A stretch of DNA of 64,000 nt from a candidate division FCPU426 bacterium (GTDB taxonomy: Bacteria > Oederibacteriota > Muellerivitia > Muellerivitales > Muellerivitaceae). The notes under the pieces are model-generated. The model made no database searches. It was not told where the DNA came from and saw nothing but the letters and a program-made list of their open reading frames with translations. Every line of letters starts with the position of its first letter. The stretch's first letter is position 1. The position numbers and the translations under genes are program-made. Where the stretch lies: assembly GCA_963796105.1 (NCBI GenBank), contig CAWCKJ010000004.1:704001-768000 (forward strand). Direction: 5' to 3'. Shown piece after piece: positions 10,251 to 20,397 of this stretch.

Positions 10251-12776
10251 TTAACGTCCGTTCAACAGGATGATCTTTCCTTTTAGCAGGACGCTTCCCC
10301 CAGATTGGATCAAGTAAAAATAAAGTCCGGATGCCGTAGGCGCGCCGTATTGGTTTAGCCCGTCCCAGGCCGCCATTCCCCCTTTTTCCTCCACTCGCCT
10401 CACTTTCTCGCCCGACAACGTGTAGAAATCCACGGTCGCGCCAGCGGGGAGGCAGGAAACCTTCAAGACTCCCCCGACCGCCGTGTCCGGATCAAACGGT
10501 ACCGGCCAAACATGTATCTCGCAGGGGGCGGAGGATAGATAAGTGTAGGTAGGCGTGGGCGGGACCGAAGGCGCAGGGGTAGGGCTATCCGTCGGGGAAT
10601 AGGTCTGGGTTTCAGTGGGAGTCGGGGACGCGCTGGGGCTGGGGGTATTTGTGAGTGTGTCCGCGGGGGTCGTTGTGGGAGTTCCCGTGAAAGTGGTGGT
10701 ATCGGTTGGCGTTGGCGTTAGTGTGGGGATCGGAGTTGGGGAAGCCGAAGGCGAGGCGGTGGGGCTATCAGCCGGTGAAGGGGTTGAGGTTTGGGTAGGC
10801 GTTGAGGATGGACTGGGTGTCTGGGTCGGAGTCAGAGACGGCGTCGGGCTGGGGGAGAGGGTCCAAGTAGGGGTTAAAACGGGGGTAAGAGTACCTGTCG
10901 AGGTGGGGGAAGGCGTGGGCGTGTTTGTAGGCGTCGGGGTGACGGTGGAAGTCGGGGTATCGGTGGAAGTGGACGTGGGACTTGGCGTATCCGTGTCAGT
11001 GGGGGTTGAAGTCGGGGTAGGAGTCTGTGTGGCCGTATCCGTGGGGGTGTTTGTGGGAGTAGGGGTTGAGGTGGGTGTGTAGGTGAAAGTAAAGGTTGGT
11101 GTTGGTGATACGGATGACGAACCCGTTGGGGTGGATGTCACGGTGGGGGCCGGTGTGTCCGTGGGAGTCGGTGTGTTGGTCGGGGTAGGAGACATTGTCG
11201 GAGTGGGGCTGTTCGTGGGAGTCGGGGATTCGGTGGGGGTAAATGTGTTAGTCGGTGTATGAGTGTTGGTGAGGGTTGGGGTGTTGGTGGGGGTTTTAGT
11301 AGGGGTCGGGGTGGAAGTAGCCGTGGGTGTTTTCGTGGGTGTCCGGGTGAAAGAAGGTGTGGGCGTCGGGGTTATGGTCGGGGTATTCGTAAAAGTCCTG
11401 GTGTTGGTTTGGGTCGGAGTGGGGGTGGGAGTCAAGGTGGGACATGCTCCGCCTGGGGTGTTGGTGGGAACCGGCGTGTTAGAGCTGAAGGAAACACCCG
11501 CCGGGTAGCCATAGGCGTCCGCGTTGCCGAACCCATAGGCGATGACCCCGAATGGCGCGGAACCTGTCAAATAATGGGGGCCCGTTCCCGTCCCGGCCTG
11601 GAACCCTGAATAACCGCTTCCTGGAATGACCGTCCAACCGGAGGCCGCGAAGCCCGCGCCGTCCAGGGAAACCGATCCCGTGGCGGAGGTTGGCGCGATG
11701 ATGTTCTCGTAATTCCCCAAGAAACCGGAGGATGGGGTTTCTAAAAAATAATCGGAGGCCAATTCATTCAGGGGCGGGATGGATATCATCGTCGGATCCG
11801 AATTGGGGTCGTTGTCATAAGTCTGGCCGTTGGCGTACTGCATGACGTAGATGGGGTTGTTGGAAGTGATATAGAGGGGAGAGGCATATATGTTTTCGTA
11901 AAACTGGCCGTGGTTCAGGGAGGCCGCTACGGAGCCGTTCACCATGACAGTCGTGGAATCATCCGAGGCCAGGAAGCGCAGGGTGTCCCCGCCGGTTCTC
12001 GTGGCCAGGGGCATGGTGGCGAACCGGGTACCCCACCATTGGAGCGGCCAGTACTGTTCCACCAGATAGTTGCAGGACGCGTAGGTCCGGGGCACATAAT
12101 CGCAAAGATGGCCCCCAATGACCGCCGCTGGTTTGTCGGTGGTAATGAGGGTCCCTGTCAGGTCCGCCCCGCCATCCAAATCCTGAAGCTGGTAAACCTC
12201 GCCTTGGTTGAGCGTCATGGTAAAGGGCACGTTGGCGGCGTGTCCGGTCATGTTGATGGCCGGCGTGACAGTCACGCGGGTGCAATCCTGGGTTGCCACG
12301 ACCGCTAACTCGCTCCCCAGCAAGTTCTCCTGGTTGAAGTAGGAATAGGCCATGTAGCTTTCGCCCAAGGCCTCCACCGGCAGGGCCAGGTACCCGTCGG
12401 AGGCCTGCGGGGTGTAGTTGAGGCCGTACACAGAAACCTGACTCTCCGCCGTGACATGAATTCCGATGTCCTGGATTCCATCCTGGGAAACCGCCTGGGC
12501 CCCGGTAGGCACGTCAATTTGGGTAGCTCCGTAAGCAGCCAGGGTGAAAGGAGCGCTGAATCCCAGGCCTGGAATTTGCACCAAGCCGTTGGTATCGGTT
12601 TCACTCGTGATAAGAACCTGTAGGGAGTAGGTGGTATTACCCTCGGGGAAGGACATCCAAAACTCGGTCCCTTTGCTGGTAATGCCGGCCCGCGCTGTCG
12701 TCGCGGTTTCCAAGAAGAGCAAAACCAAAACAGCAAGCAAGTATAGTTCATTGAAGCGGGGGAATTTCTTCGACAT
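10251..12776 (-). CDS. Secreted protein: IgGFc-binding-like N-terminal domain, long Thr/Pro linker, FlgD/T9SS-like C-terminal domain
   Basis: Signal peptide; SDGYLALP...[25 protein letters not shown]; ~300-aa TPT repeat; CTD WPVPF...YTLSGE...WDG...ASGLYFY. Confidence 0.8.
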   Translation of the reverse strand: MSKKFPRFNELYLLAVLVLLFLETATTARAGITSKGTEFWMSFPEGNTTYSLQVLITSETDTNGLVQIPGLGFSAPFTLAAYGATQIDVPTGAQAVSQDGIQDIGIHVTAESQVSVYGLNYTPQASDGYLALPVEALGESYMAYSYFNQENLLGSELAVVATQDCTRVTVTPAINMTGHAANVPFTMTLNQGEVYQLQDLDGGADLTGTLITTDKPAAVIGGHLCDYVPRTYASCNYLVEQYWPLQWWGTRFATMPLATRTGGDTLRFLASDDSTTVMVNGSVAASLNHGQFYENIYASPLYITSNNPIYVMQYANGQTYDNDPNSDPTMISIPPLNELASDYFLETPSSGFLGNYENIIAPTSATGSVSLDGAGFAASGWTVIPGSGYSGFQAGTGTGPHYLTGSAPFGVIAYGFGNADAYGYPAGVSFSSNTPVPTNTPGGACPTLTPTPTPTQTNTRTFTNTPTITPTPTPSFTRTPTKTPTATSTPTPTKTPTNTPTLTNTHTPTNTFTPTESPTPTNSPTPTMSPTPTNTPTPTDTPAPTVTSTPTGSSSVSPTPTFTFTYTPTSTPTPTNTPTDTATQTPTPTSTPTDTDTPSPTSTSTDTPTSTVTPTPTNTPTPSPTSTGTLTPVLTPTWTLSPSPTPSLTPTQTPSPSSTPTQTSTPSPADSPTASPSASPTPIPTLTPTPTDTTTFTGTPTTTPADTLTNTPSPSASPTPTETQTYSPTDSPTPAPSVPPTPTYTYLSSAPCEIHVWPVPFDPDTAVGGVLKVSCLPAGATVDFYTLSGEKVRRVEEKGGMAAWDGLNQYGAPTASGLYFYLIQSGGSVLLKGKIILLNGR

Positions 12777-12829
12777 ACTAAACCTAACGGCAAAAACGAG
12801 ATTATCCGTAGAACCTTTCGTAAGTATGC

Positions 12830-12882
12830 CTCAAATCTATCGACCTCACGGTCATGTCGGTTCAAGTCCGACCTCAGCACCA
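12830..12882 (+). pseudogene. 3' half of a long-variable-arm tRNA (likely Leu); att-like remnant
   Basis: Variable arm GACC-TCAC-GGTC, T arm GTCGG-TTCAAGT-CCGAC, then CTCAGC-ACCA; no D arm or acceptor 5' strand upstream. Confidence 0.75.
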
Positions 12883-12988
12883 CTTTTCTCCATTGATATG
12901 CATTAATAATGTTTAATGAGGTTGTATCCAGACGAAGCCTGGGCCCTGTCCACAACTGAGAGGCTTTTCAATTATGGGAAAACCCGCC

Positions 12989-13016
12989 TTGACGATCCCT
13001 ATTTATTGTATATACT
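12989..13016 (+). promoter_or_regulatory. Sigma70-type promoter of brnTA, probably leaderless
   Basis: TTGACG-N16-TATACT, 6 nt before the ATG at 13023. Confidence 0.6.
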
Positions 13017-13022
13017 AAAATT

Positions 13023-13304
13023 ATGAGATTTGATTGGAACCCCGCCAAGGACGAAGTTAACTTTAGGAAACACGGTGTTTCATTCAAAACAGCTATCACG
13101 GCCTTTGATGATCCCTGGGCCTTGGTGGCCGCTGACCCTAAGCATTCAACCACGGAGTCCAGGGAATGGTTGATTGGGGAAGCTGATGGTGGAAGGGTTC
13201 TGGTGATAGTTTTCACCAAACGCTCACAAGGCCAGGTCTGCCGCATCATCAGCGCAAGGCCGGCAAGCCGTCGGGAAAGGAACCGTTATGAAGAGCTCAA
13301 ATGA
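13023..13304 (+). CDS. brnT: BrnT family toxin
   Basis: MRFDWNPAKDEVNFRKHGVSF...RIISARPA signature. Confidence 0.92.
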   Translation: MRFDWNPAKDEVNFRKHGVSFKTAITAFDDPWALVAADPKHSTTESREWLIGEADGGRVLVIVFTKRSQGQVCRIISARPASRRERNRYEELK

Positions 13305-13578
13305 ATTTCCGTTTCACAAAGCAAGAAGGTTGACTCCCGGAGAAGTGGAGAAGAACAGCCGGGCAATCGAACATCACACTGGCAAACCACGCCGTCCACG
13401 CGGCCGGCCGGCTAAAGAGCCTCATGAGCTTTATTTCCCGGTTTCCATCCGCCTCAATCCGAAAGCCTTGGAATGGGCCAAGAAAATTGGCCGGCAAAAA
13501 GGCATTGGATACCAAACAGTCATCAACGAAGCCTTATTGAGTGTTGCTGAAGAAAAGAAACTTTCTCACGCGCATTAA
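13288..13578 (+). CDS. brnA: BrnA family antitoxin
   Basis: Overlaps brnT; RGRP...VSIRL...GIGYQTVINEAL RHH-type motif. Confidence 0.88.
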   Translation: MKSSNEFPFHKARRLTPGEVEKNSRAIEHHTGKPRRPRGRPAKEPHELYFPVSIRLNPKALEWAKKIGRQKGIGYQTVINEALLSVAEEKKLSHAH

Positions 13579-13591
13579 GGATGTCCAGGGC

Positions 13592-13691
13592 TGTCCACGA
13601 AGGGGAGACCATCGCACCGCAGCGATGGTTCGTTGCCGCCCATAGCTTGGTGCAGGCCTCGCTCCGCAGTGCAGGGCAGGGGTCGTGGACA
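13592..13691 (+). repeat. 100-bp TGTCCACGA...TCGTGGACA element, copy B
   Basis: 9-bp inverted ends; internal hairpin ACCATCGC-ACCGCA-GCGATGGT; closely related inverted copy at 16636-16735. Confidence 0.85.
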
Positions 13692-14033
13692 AAAAAAGGG
13701 GGGTTTATAAAAGACGCGAATTTTCAATAGTTATCCTGGTTGAGTTCAAAATGGAAATTGGTTGAGGGATGGTTTTTAAGTCCATTGACAAATATTGGAC
13801 AAGTGGATTTTTAAAACCGAAGGCGGGGTTAGAAGAAATTATTTTTTCGATTCAACTGAATGGGTTTTAAAAATTTTCGTTCGAGCAAATTTTTGGTTGA
13901 CGGGGACTCTCAAAATCAAGCAGTTAAATCCCTAAAAATGCCTGTTTCTATTGGCAAGTAGAGAAGCGGACGCATATAATTCCTCCTCGCCCTTTAGGAA
14001 GTTAGGAAGTGCCCGGCGTCCCATGAGGAAAAA

Positions 14034-15599
14034 TTGATTCAATCATTCAAACGTTACTTAAAAGTCATTTCCTTTTTATTTGCAATCTTCATCACCCTCC
14101 CAATCTTAGCCCCTCATCAATTGCTTGCTAATTCGCTTCCTCTTTCGATTTCAGGTAACCAAATCGTCACGAGCGAGGGCTGTACCCTGCGCTTAAGGGG
14201 GGTGGATGTCTCCGGTTTGGAATATAGCCCTTACGGGGATACCGGCACGGGAGCGCCCACGACCAACATCAACGGCACGACCATGACCGATTACGTGGCT
14301 ATCGCGGCGGAGGCAGTCACAGCCTGGCATTGCAATATCATCCGCCTTCCTTTTAACCAGGACTTTTGGTTCGGCTGCTCGAACTCCAAGGGAACGCCCG
14401 ACCAAACCGCCTACCAATCCGAAATTCAAGCGGTCGTCAATTACTGCTCCCAAAACAACGCCTATGTGGACCTGGACCTTCATTGGTCCGGTAACTACAT
14501 AGGTACCTCCCCCACAACCCCCTGCTCCGGAGGAGGATGGGGCTCAGTCACTGCCCAGCAAATGATGCCGGACTGGAATTCGGTCACCCTCTGGGCCTCG
14601 GTGGCTTCGCAATTCGCCAATAACCCGGCGGTTCTATTTGACCTCTTCAATGAGCCTTACTTCGTCACCTGGGATGTTTGGCGAAACGGAGGCACAACAT
14701 CTTGGTCCTTCGTCTACCAGGGCGTTACTTATTCAGGAACCTTCAATACACCGGGCCTTCAAACCCTCCTCACAACCATACGAAACACCGGGGCCAACAA
14801 CGTTGTGGTGGCAGGCGGGTTAAACTGGGCCTATGACTTAACGGGAATAGCCAATGGAAGTACCAGTTGCAACGGCAGCAATTGCGCCCTGACCGATACC
14901 ACATCTGGGAACGGCGTCCTTTATTCGGCCCATGTCTATTCCAGCAAGGGTTCCACAACCGGTTGGGACACCTACGTCACATCCGCCAGTTCCTCCAACG
15001 CGGTCATCATTGAGGAATTCGGTGCCTCCGTAACGGACGCGGCCGGTTGGGATAATACCGCGATTAGCTGGTTCAACGGTTCGAACGCCAACAACTATGT
15101 TTACTCCGCCATGGCCTGGGCCTTCAGCCCCGATGTCAGTCCTTCCCTCATCACGAGTTTCAACGGGTATCCCACGACTTCCTACCACGGCGTCCCGGTC
15201 TCAACCTGGCTCGCGAACATCAGCTCCACCGGCACCTGCCCCACCTGGACCCCCACGCCCTGCGGATATCCCGGCCCCACCTGCACCCTCACTTTCACTC
15301 CCACCCCGACCGCGACACCCCTCCCCGGAATCGGCCCCGCGAAAGCCCTCCCGACTATCATCAAGGGCGCCCTAAGCTGTTGCGCCTTCAAGGTGCCGGA
15401 ATTGAATGCCACCTTAAAAGCCAGGGTTTATACCCTGACCGGCGAACTGGTCGCGTCAATCAATGGGACCCCCGGGACCAGCCAATGCGTCTGGTGCCCG
15501 AAAGGAAGCGCCAGCGGGCTTTACCTGTCGGTGGTGGATGAGACGCAGTCCAATGGGAATTTCAGCCGGGAGAAACTGAGGGTTTTGGTCATCCATTAA
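14034..15599 (+). CDS. Secreted GH5 glycoside hydrolase (cellulase-like) with PT linker and FlgD/T9SS-like CTD
   Basis: LRGVD.SGLE, IIRLP, DLHW, FDLFNEP (acid/base), IEEFG (nucleophile); CTD YTLTGE...ASGLY. Confidence 0.9.
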   Translation: MIQSFKRYLKVISFLFAIFITLPILAPHQLLANSLPLSISGNQIVTSEGCTLRLRGVDVSGLEYSPYGDTGTGAPTTNINGTTMTDYVAIAAEAVTAWHCNIIRLPFNQDFWFGCSNSKGTPDQTAYQSEIQAVVNYCSQNNAYVDLDLHWSGNYIGTSPTTPCSGGGWGSVTAQQMMPDWNSVTLWASVASQFANNPAVLFDLFNEPYFVTWDVWRNGGTTSWSFVYQGVTYSGTFNTPGLQTLLTTIRNTGANNVVVAGGLNWAYDLTGIANGSTSCNGSNCALTDTTSGNGVLYSAHVYSSKGSTTGWDTYVTSASSSNAVIIEEFGASVTDAAGWDNTAISWFNGSNANNYVYSAMAWAFSPDVSPSLITSFNGYPTTSYHGVPVSTWLANISSTGTCPTWTPTPCGYPGPTCTLTFTPTPTATPLPGIGPAKALPTIIKGALSCCAFKVPELNATLKARVYTLTGELVASINGTPGTSQCVWCPKGSASGLYLSVVDETQSNGNFSREKLRVLVIH

Positions 15600-15657
15600 G
15601 GCGGGGGCGGCAACGAACCATCGCTGCGGTGCGATGGTTTCCCCGTCTTGGACAGCC
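15600..15657 (-). repeat. Half copy of the TGTCCA element, copy C
   Basis: Reverse complement GGCTGTCCAAGACGGGGAAACCATCGCACCGCAGCGATGGTTCGTTGCCGCCC matches the first half of copy B. Confidence 0.8.
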
Positions 15658-15678
15658 AAAAGTAGGTTAATGGTCACT

Positions 15679-15735
15679 GCTTCCCGCTGACCTGTCGCCC
15701 GAAGCCCTTTGGGCGCAGGGTGAGGAGCGGGAAGC
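15679..15735. repeat. REP-like palindrome
   Basis: GCTTCCCGCT...AGCGGGAAGC with an internal CGCCC...GGGCG stem. Confidence 0.55.
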
Positions 15736-15772
15736 CAGACCCCGTTTTCTCTTCTTTATTCCAAGAATGGGT

Positions 15773-15982
15773 TCAGGCCCACTTGAGGACGGGTTTCTTG
15801 CGGGACTAAACGCAATCCCGCAAGTACATATTGATCAGGTTTTGGTAGGGGATACCCTCCGTATTGGAAAGCTTTTTAAAATACTCTATAGTTTCTTCCT
15901 CAATGCGGATGGTAACCTGTCTTTTCAACATTTTAGTGTATGGATTTTGTTTGGATTTTGAAAAATCGTATTCTTCCCTCAT
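15773..15982 (-). CDS. brnA: BrnA family antitoxin with internal amber codon (absent from the ORF track)
   Basis: Manual translation MREEYDFSKSKQNPYTKMLKRQVTIRIEEETIEYFKKLSNTEGIPYQNLINMYLRDCV*(TAG 15806-15808)SRKKPVLKWA*; ATGA overlap with brnT. Confidence 0.85.
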
Positions 15983-16269
15983 GTTCCCCCTCCATATTGT
16001 TTTCGCTCGTTTTTGGACGCCTTTCTTGCCGAGATAATCCGTATGATCCTGTCATTGGAGCGATAACAATGGCAAACCAGGAGCATATGTAGTTTCGAAC
16101 TTATCCCCAGAAGGATGAAGCGGTCTTCCTCATCTGAGTGATCAGGATCCCGGATCAACCGCGCGTTATCATCATAAAAAACAGATTTGGCTTCCTCAAA
16201 AGAGACACCATGTTTCTTTTGATTGGCCCTATCTTTTATGGCATCCCACCTAAAAACGAGTGGTGTCAT
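15979..16269 (-). CDS. brnT: BrnT family toxin
   Basis: FRWDAIKDRANQKKHGVSFEEA...DPDHS..EDRF...IRIISARKA. Confidence 0.93.
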   Translation of the reverse strand: MTPLVFRWDAIKDRANQKKHGVSFEEAKSVFYDDNARLIRDPDHSDEEDRFILLGISSKLHMLLVCHCYRSNDRIIRIISARKASKNERKQYGGGT

Positions 16270-16375
16270 ATTTACACTATAATTATATTATAATTATAAA
16301 TCAAGGGCTGTGGATAGAGCGCGAAAATCGTCAGGAAAATCAGGTAGAAATTATTGTTCTCTTTTTTCAATCCGA

Positions 16376-16431
16376 CCTGTCCACGATCCCTGCGCCAAGC
16401 CGGGGGCTTGACGCTCCCCAGGCTGGACAGG
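16376..16431 (-). repeat. Short variant of the TGTCCA element, copy D
   Basis: CCTGTCCACGATCCCTGC...TGGACAGG inverted ends; left end matches the ends of copies B and E. Confidence 0.7.
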
Positions 16432-16438
16432 CAACGGC

Positions 16439-16615
16439 TTAAGGTTTATAAACGAGCTTCGCTTTTAGGTACATGGCGATCGCTCCGACAACCCAGCCCG
16501 CGAAAAATATAGCGACGGGCTTGGCTTTTTCTTTACCGCCCATGAGCCAAAATCCGCCGAGAACGACGGCCATCACGATGACGACCGCGATCCCCCAACT
16601 TACGAATGGATTCAT
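16439..16615 (-). CDS. Small two-TM hypothetical protein
   Basis: GGAGG RBS before ATG 16615; two hydrophobic helices. Confidence 0.7.
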   Translation of the reverse strand: MNPFVSWGIAVVIVMAVVLGGFWLMGGKEKAKPVAIFFAGWVVGAIAMYLKAKLVYKP

Positions 16616-16635
16616 ATTGCAACCTCCAATTTCAT

Positions 16636-16735
16636 TGTCCATAATCCCTGCACTACGCCGCAGTGCGAGCCCTGCACCAAGCTATGGGCGGCAACGAAAC
16701 ATCGCTGCGGTGCGATGGTTTCCTCGTCGTGGACA
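16636..16735 (-). repeat. 100-bp TGTCCA element, copy E
   Basis: Closely matches the reverse complement of copy B; same length. Confidence 0.85.
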
Positions 16736-16755
16736 GCCTCAAGAAGGTCGCTCCT

Positions 16756-17484
16756 TTAATTCGTTAAATGAATTCTTTCCATCGCCACCTTAGGAAGATT
16801 TTGATAAAAATTAATTGTACATTCTATTTGGCCATTGCGGTTCAATAGCCCTACACGCCCCAAAGCGAAGGTTGACTCTTTAGCAAAAGTAAAAAAAGCA
16901 TAATTGTCCACTTCAACCTCTACGCTTTGACTGTTTAATTTCTTTAGGTGAAAATCCCCACCAGAATAAATCGATTTATAAATAAGTACTTTTGGTTCTG
17001 AAAAGCCTTCAGAAAACACACCCAAAGCCGAATCAGGTGCTAAGTCCGAAGGTATTCTCCGCACAAATATTAGTTCTTTCATTCCGTCTTTATTTAAATC
17101 TACAAGGCAATATTCCATAACATTAAATCCAAGATAATAAACTTTCATATCTTTTATAAGAAAGGTATTGCCTGCGTTTAATTGCATATTTTGTTTCTCA
17201 TCGACTACAAATATCTGGCCTTTTAAACCCTTCCAAACTTCCTTAGGCGTTACTTCTTTGACAGGAAATTTTTGACCCTTTTCAATTAGGTGGTAATTCT
17301 TATCCCCGTTAAAAAACCATGCCTCAATTAGTTTTTCTGCTTTTAAATTTGAAATTAGTCCTGATTCAATCCTACGAGAAGCGACTTCTTCTGCGTTGAG
17401 TTTTCCTGTAAACAAATCATGATTGGAAAAAATCAATAATGCCATACCCAACCCAAGCAAAAGACTTTTCTTCATAAGTTTCAT
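16756..17484 (-). CDS. AT-rich exported hypothetical protein
   Basis: Signal-like N-terminus; DLNKDGMKEL FG-GAP-like loop; visibly lower GC than the backbone. Confidence 0.7.
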   Translation of the reverse strand: MKLMKKSLLLGLGMALLIFSNHDLFTGKLNAEEVASRRIESGLISNLKAEKLIEAWFFNGDKNYHLIEKGQKFPVKEVTPKEVWKGLKGQIFVVDEKQNMQLNAGNTFLIKDMKVYYLGFNVMEYCLVDLNKDGMKELIFVRRIPSDLAPDSALGVFSEGFSEPKVLIYKSIYSGGDFHLKKLNSQSVEVEVDNYAFFTFAKESTFALGRVGLLNRNGQIECTINFYQNLPKVAMERIHLTN

Positions 17485-17661
17485 TAGGGTCTCCAGGCTG
17501 GGCTCCCTTCGTTACACTCAGGGCAAGCTCACCTTCACGGTCACTACGATTTTATATCCAATATTTAAATCCTCCGACTTATAAAACCCTCGCGAAATCC
17601 CATTAGATTTAACGGAATTAGCCATTGAATCCCCCCATCTTTTCGGGCAAAGTGGGAAAAC

Positions 17662-19725
17662 ATGGAACCCAACACGTCTCATAAACACACCAACCGGCTC
17701 ATCCACGAGAAGAGCCCCTACCTGCTCCAGCACGCCCACAATCCCGTGGATTGGTATCCCTGGGGAGAGGAGGCCTTCGGAAAGGCCAAGCGGGAAAACA
17801 AGCCCCTGTTCCTTTCCATCGGCTATTCCACCTGCCACTGGTGCCATGTCATGGAACGAGAATGTTTCGAGAACGAGGAAATCGCCCGGTTGATGAACGA
17901 GCTTTTCATTTGCGTCAAAGTGGACCGCGAGGAACGCCCCGATGTGGACAAGGTTTACATGAACGCTGTAATCGTCCTGACCGGCCAGGGTGGCTGGCCC
18001 CTTAACGTTTTTTTAACTCCCGACCAGCGGCCATTCTACGGGGGAACCTATTTCCCCCCGGATGAGCGCTACGGACGGCCTGGGCTTCCCTCCGTGCTGA
18101 ACGATGTGGCCCGTGTTTGGAGGGAAAAATCAGGAGAGGTGGAAAAAGCCGGACAACAATTAACCGGTTTGATCTCCCCGCCTGTACTGAAAGCGCCCGC
18201 AAGCCTTCCGGGAGATCGGGTCATCAGCGAGGCCGTCCAGGCTTTCACCCGCATATTCGACCCCAATGAGGGCGGCTTCGGGAGCGCTCCGAAATTTCCC
18301 CAGTCCATGGTCCTGGGTTTTCTCCAGCGCGCCACCTGGGGAGCGACAGATACCACGGGATTTTCCAGGGTGGAATTGACGCTGGACAAGATGTCCCAAG
18401 GCGGGATTTACGACCAGGTCGGCGGGGGTTTCGCCCGCTATTCCACGGACGAGCAGTGGCTGGTTCCCCATTTTGAGAAAATGCTCTACGACAACTCCCT
18501 TCTGGCCCGGACCTATCTGGAGGGATACCAGGCCGTCCGCAAGGCGGAATACGCCAGGATCGCCCGCGAGATTTTCACCTACTTATTCCGGGATATGGCC
18601 GATCCCGCCGGGGGCTTTTACAGCGCCGAGGACGCCGACAGCGAGGGCGAGGAGGGCAAGTTCTACGTCTGGAAGCCGAAAGAGCTGAGGAATATCCTCG
18701 GTGAAAAAGATGGAGAGGCCTTTTGCTCGCTATACGGCGCCACCGAAGCCGGAAATTTTGAGGGCCATAACATTTTGCGCCTGAAATCAGATCTTCCTTC
18801 CGCCCTGAAGGCCCTGGGAAAAGACCAGGGCTGGTGGAAGGCCTCAAGGGAAAAAGTGCTCCAAGCCCGTTCCAAGCGCGTCCGGCCCCACCGGGACGAC
18901 AAGATACTCATGTCCTGGAACAGTCTTTTGATTTCCTCGCTGGCTTACGGCTATCAGGTACTGGGGGAGAAAACCTACCTCGATGCCGCTGAAAAGGCCT
19001 CGGATTTCCTGAGCCGGAACCTGATCCGTGGCGGCCGCCTGTTGGTTTCCTTCCGGGGAGGCCCCTCGAAAGCGGAAGGTTTCCTGGATGATTACGCCTT
19101 TTTCCAGGCCGCCCAACTGGACCTATTCGAGACCACCTTCAAGAAACAATACCTGGAAGAGGCCCTCCGGCTTTGGGACGGGATGAAGAGGCTCTTTTGG
19201 GATGAAAAGGAAGGGGGCTTTTACTTCACGGGTTCCGACCAGAAGGACGCCCACCGGCTCCTGACCCGCCTTAAGGAGGCCCATGACGGGGCGATCCCAT
19301 CGGGCAATTCCGTGGCGGCCATGAGCCTTTACCGGCTCGCGGAACTCACCGGCCGGAAGGATATCCGGGATGACGCTGAAGCCGTGGTGAAATGCTTCTC
19401 AGGACACTTAATAAAATCCCCGCCCATGTATCCCCAGATGCTCCAGGCCATCCAGTTCACAACCATCCCCCCCGCCGAGATCCTCGTGGTGGGCCCGCGC
19501 ACCGAATCCGAGGGCATGATCCGCGCGGTTTGGAAAAACTTCGATCCCAATAAAGTCCTGGTGTTTTGCGAGGAAACCCAAGACAAGGACCTAGCCCCCC
19601 TGGTTCCTTGGCTGGAAAACCGCCCTTCCCAGGATGGTAAACCCACCGCCTATGTCTGCAAGAATTACCAATGCCAATTGCCCACCACTGACCCCCATAA
19701 GATGCTGGAACTTTTAAGCCAGTAG
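17662..19725 (+). CDS. yyaL: Thioredoxin-domain protein, YyaL/SSP411 family
   Basis: [38 protein letters not shown]. Confidence 0.95.
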   Translation: MEPNTSHKHTNRLIHEKSPYLLQHAHNPVDWYPWGEEAFGKAKRENKPLFLSIGYSTCHWCHVMERECFENEEIARLMNELFICVKVDREERPDVDKVYMNAVIVLTGQGGWPLNVFLTPDQRPFYGGTYFPPDERYGRPGLPSVLNDVARVWREKSGEVEKAGQQLTGLISPPVLKAPASLPGDRVISEAVQAFTRIFDPNEGGFGSAPKFPQSMVLGFLQRATWGATDTTGFSRVELTLDKMSQGGIYDQVGGGFARYSTDEQWLVPHFEKMLYDNSLLARTYLEGYQAVRKAEYARIAREIFTYLFRDMADPAGGFYSAEDADSEGEEGKFYVWKPKELRNILGEKDGEAFCSLYGATEAGNFEGHNILRLKSDLPSALKALGKDQGWWKASREKVLQARSKRVRPHRDDKILMSWNSLLISSLAYGYQVLGEKTYLDAAEKASDFLSRNLIRGGRLLVSFRGGPSKAEGFLDDYAFFQAAQLDLFETTFKKQYLEEALRLWDGMKRLFWDEKEGGFYFTGSDQKDAHRLLTRLKEAHDGAIPSGNSVAAMSLYRLAELTGRKDIRDDAEAVVKCFSGHLIKSPPMYPQMLQAIQFTTIPPAEILVVGPRTESEGMIRAVWKNFDPNKVLVFCEETQDKDLAPLVPWLENRPSQDGKPTAYVCKNYQCQLPTTDPHKMLELLSQ

Positions 19726-19877
19726 TAAGCTTAAATTACTGGAAAAAGCGGTGAACCTGCCGGATACCCGTCGGAATCGGACCCCTACCGGCATTTCCGT
19801 CGGAACTCGGGATACCCCTATGCTGAGTCCACAAGGCGAAGCATGAGAATTGGGTGTGTTGGCGCCAAGATAATGGG

Positions 19878-20286
19878 CGCCAATAACCTGGTGACACCCA
19901 CCGGCATTTCCGTCGGTAAACCAGGATAACCTGGTGACACCCACCAGCATTTTCGTCGGCAACCCAGGATAACCTGGTGACACCTGCCGGCATTTTCGTC
20001 GGCAACCCAGGATAACCTGGTGACACCTGCCGGCATTTTCGTCGGTAACCCAGGATAACCTGGTGACACCCACCGGTATTTCCGTCGGCAACCCAGGATA
20101 ACCTGGTGACACCCACCGGCATTTCCACCGGCAACCCAGGATAACCTGGTGACACCTACCGGCATTTCCACCGGCAACCCAGGATAACCTGGTGACACCT
20201 ATCGGCTTTTCCACCGGTAAACCAGGATAACCTGGTGACACTTGCCAGCATTTTCGTCGGTAAGCCAGGATAACCTGGTGACACCC
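19878..20286 (+). repeat. Tandem array, exact 43-bp period, ~10 units
   Basis: Invariant CCAGGATAACCTGGTGACAC at 19921, 19964, 20007, 20050, 20093, 20136, 20179, 20222, 20265 (partial copy at ~19878), alternating with a polymorphic 23-mer; degenerate units at ~19755-19815. Confidence 0.95.
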
Positions 20287-20397
20287 AGGTGGCTTTTGGA
20301 CAATAATCAGTAAAAATATTGACAGAAATCATACTTCTTTGGGCCGGTTTTTATTAATTTTATCCCCTGAAGCATATGAGAATCCATGGAGGTTGCC

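Noticed and set aside
10615..11609. Val/Gly-rich plus-strand ORFs
   Set aside because: Antisense shadows of the Thr/Pro codons of the 10251-12776 gene; the same applies at 46377-46643 and 61953-62321.
12790..12882. Functional full-length tRNA
   Set aside because: No 5' acceptor strand or D arm can be paired.
15767..15961. 64-aa plus-strand ORF
   Set aside because: Antisense to the brnA gene found by manual translation.
13592..16735. Canonical integron attC sites
   Set aside because: No RYYYAAC/GTTRRRY ends and no intI in the window; kept only as an analogy.
19714..20241. Three overlapping minus-strand ORFs across the array
   Set aside because: They are by-products of a 43-bp repeat cycling through all frames; the same peptide blocks appear in each.
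19878..20286. CRISPR array
   Set aside because: The 23-bp intervals are near-identical variants of one sequence rather than unique spacers, the constant part is only 20 bp, and no cas genes are in the window.
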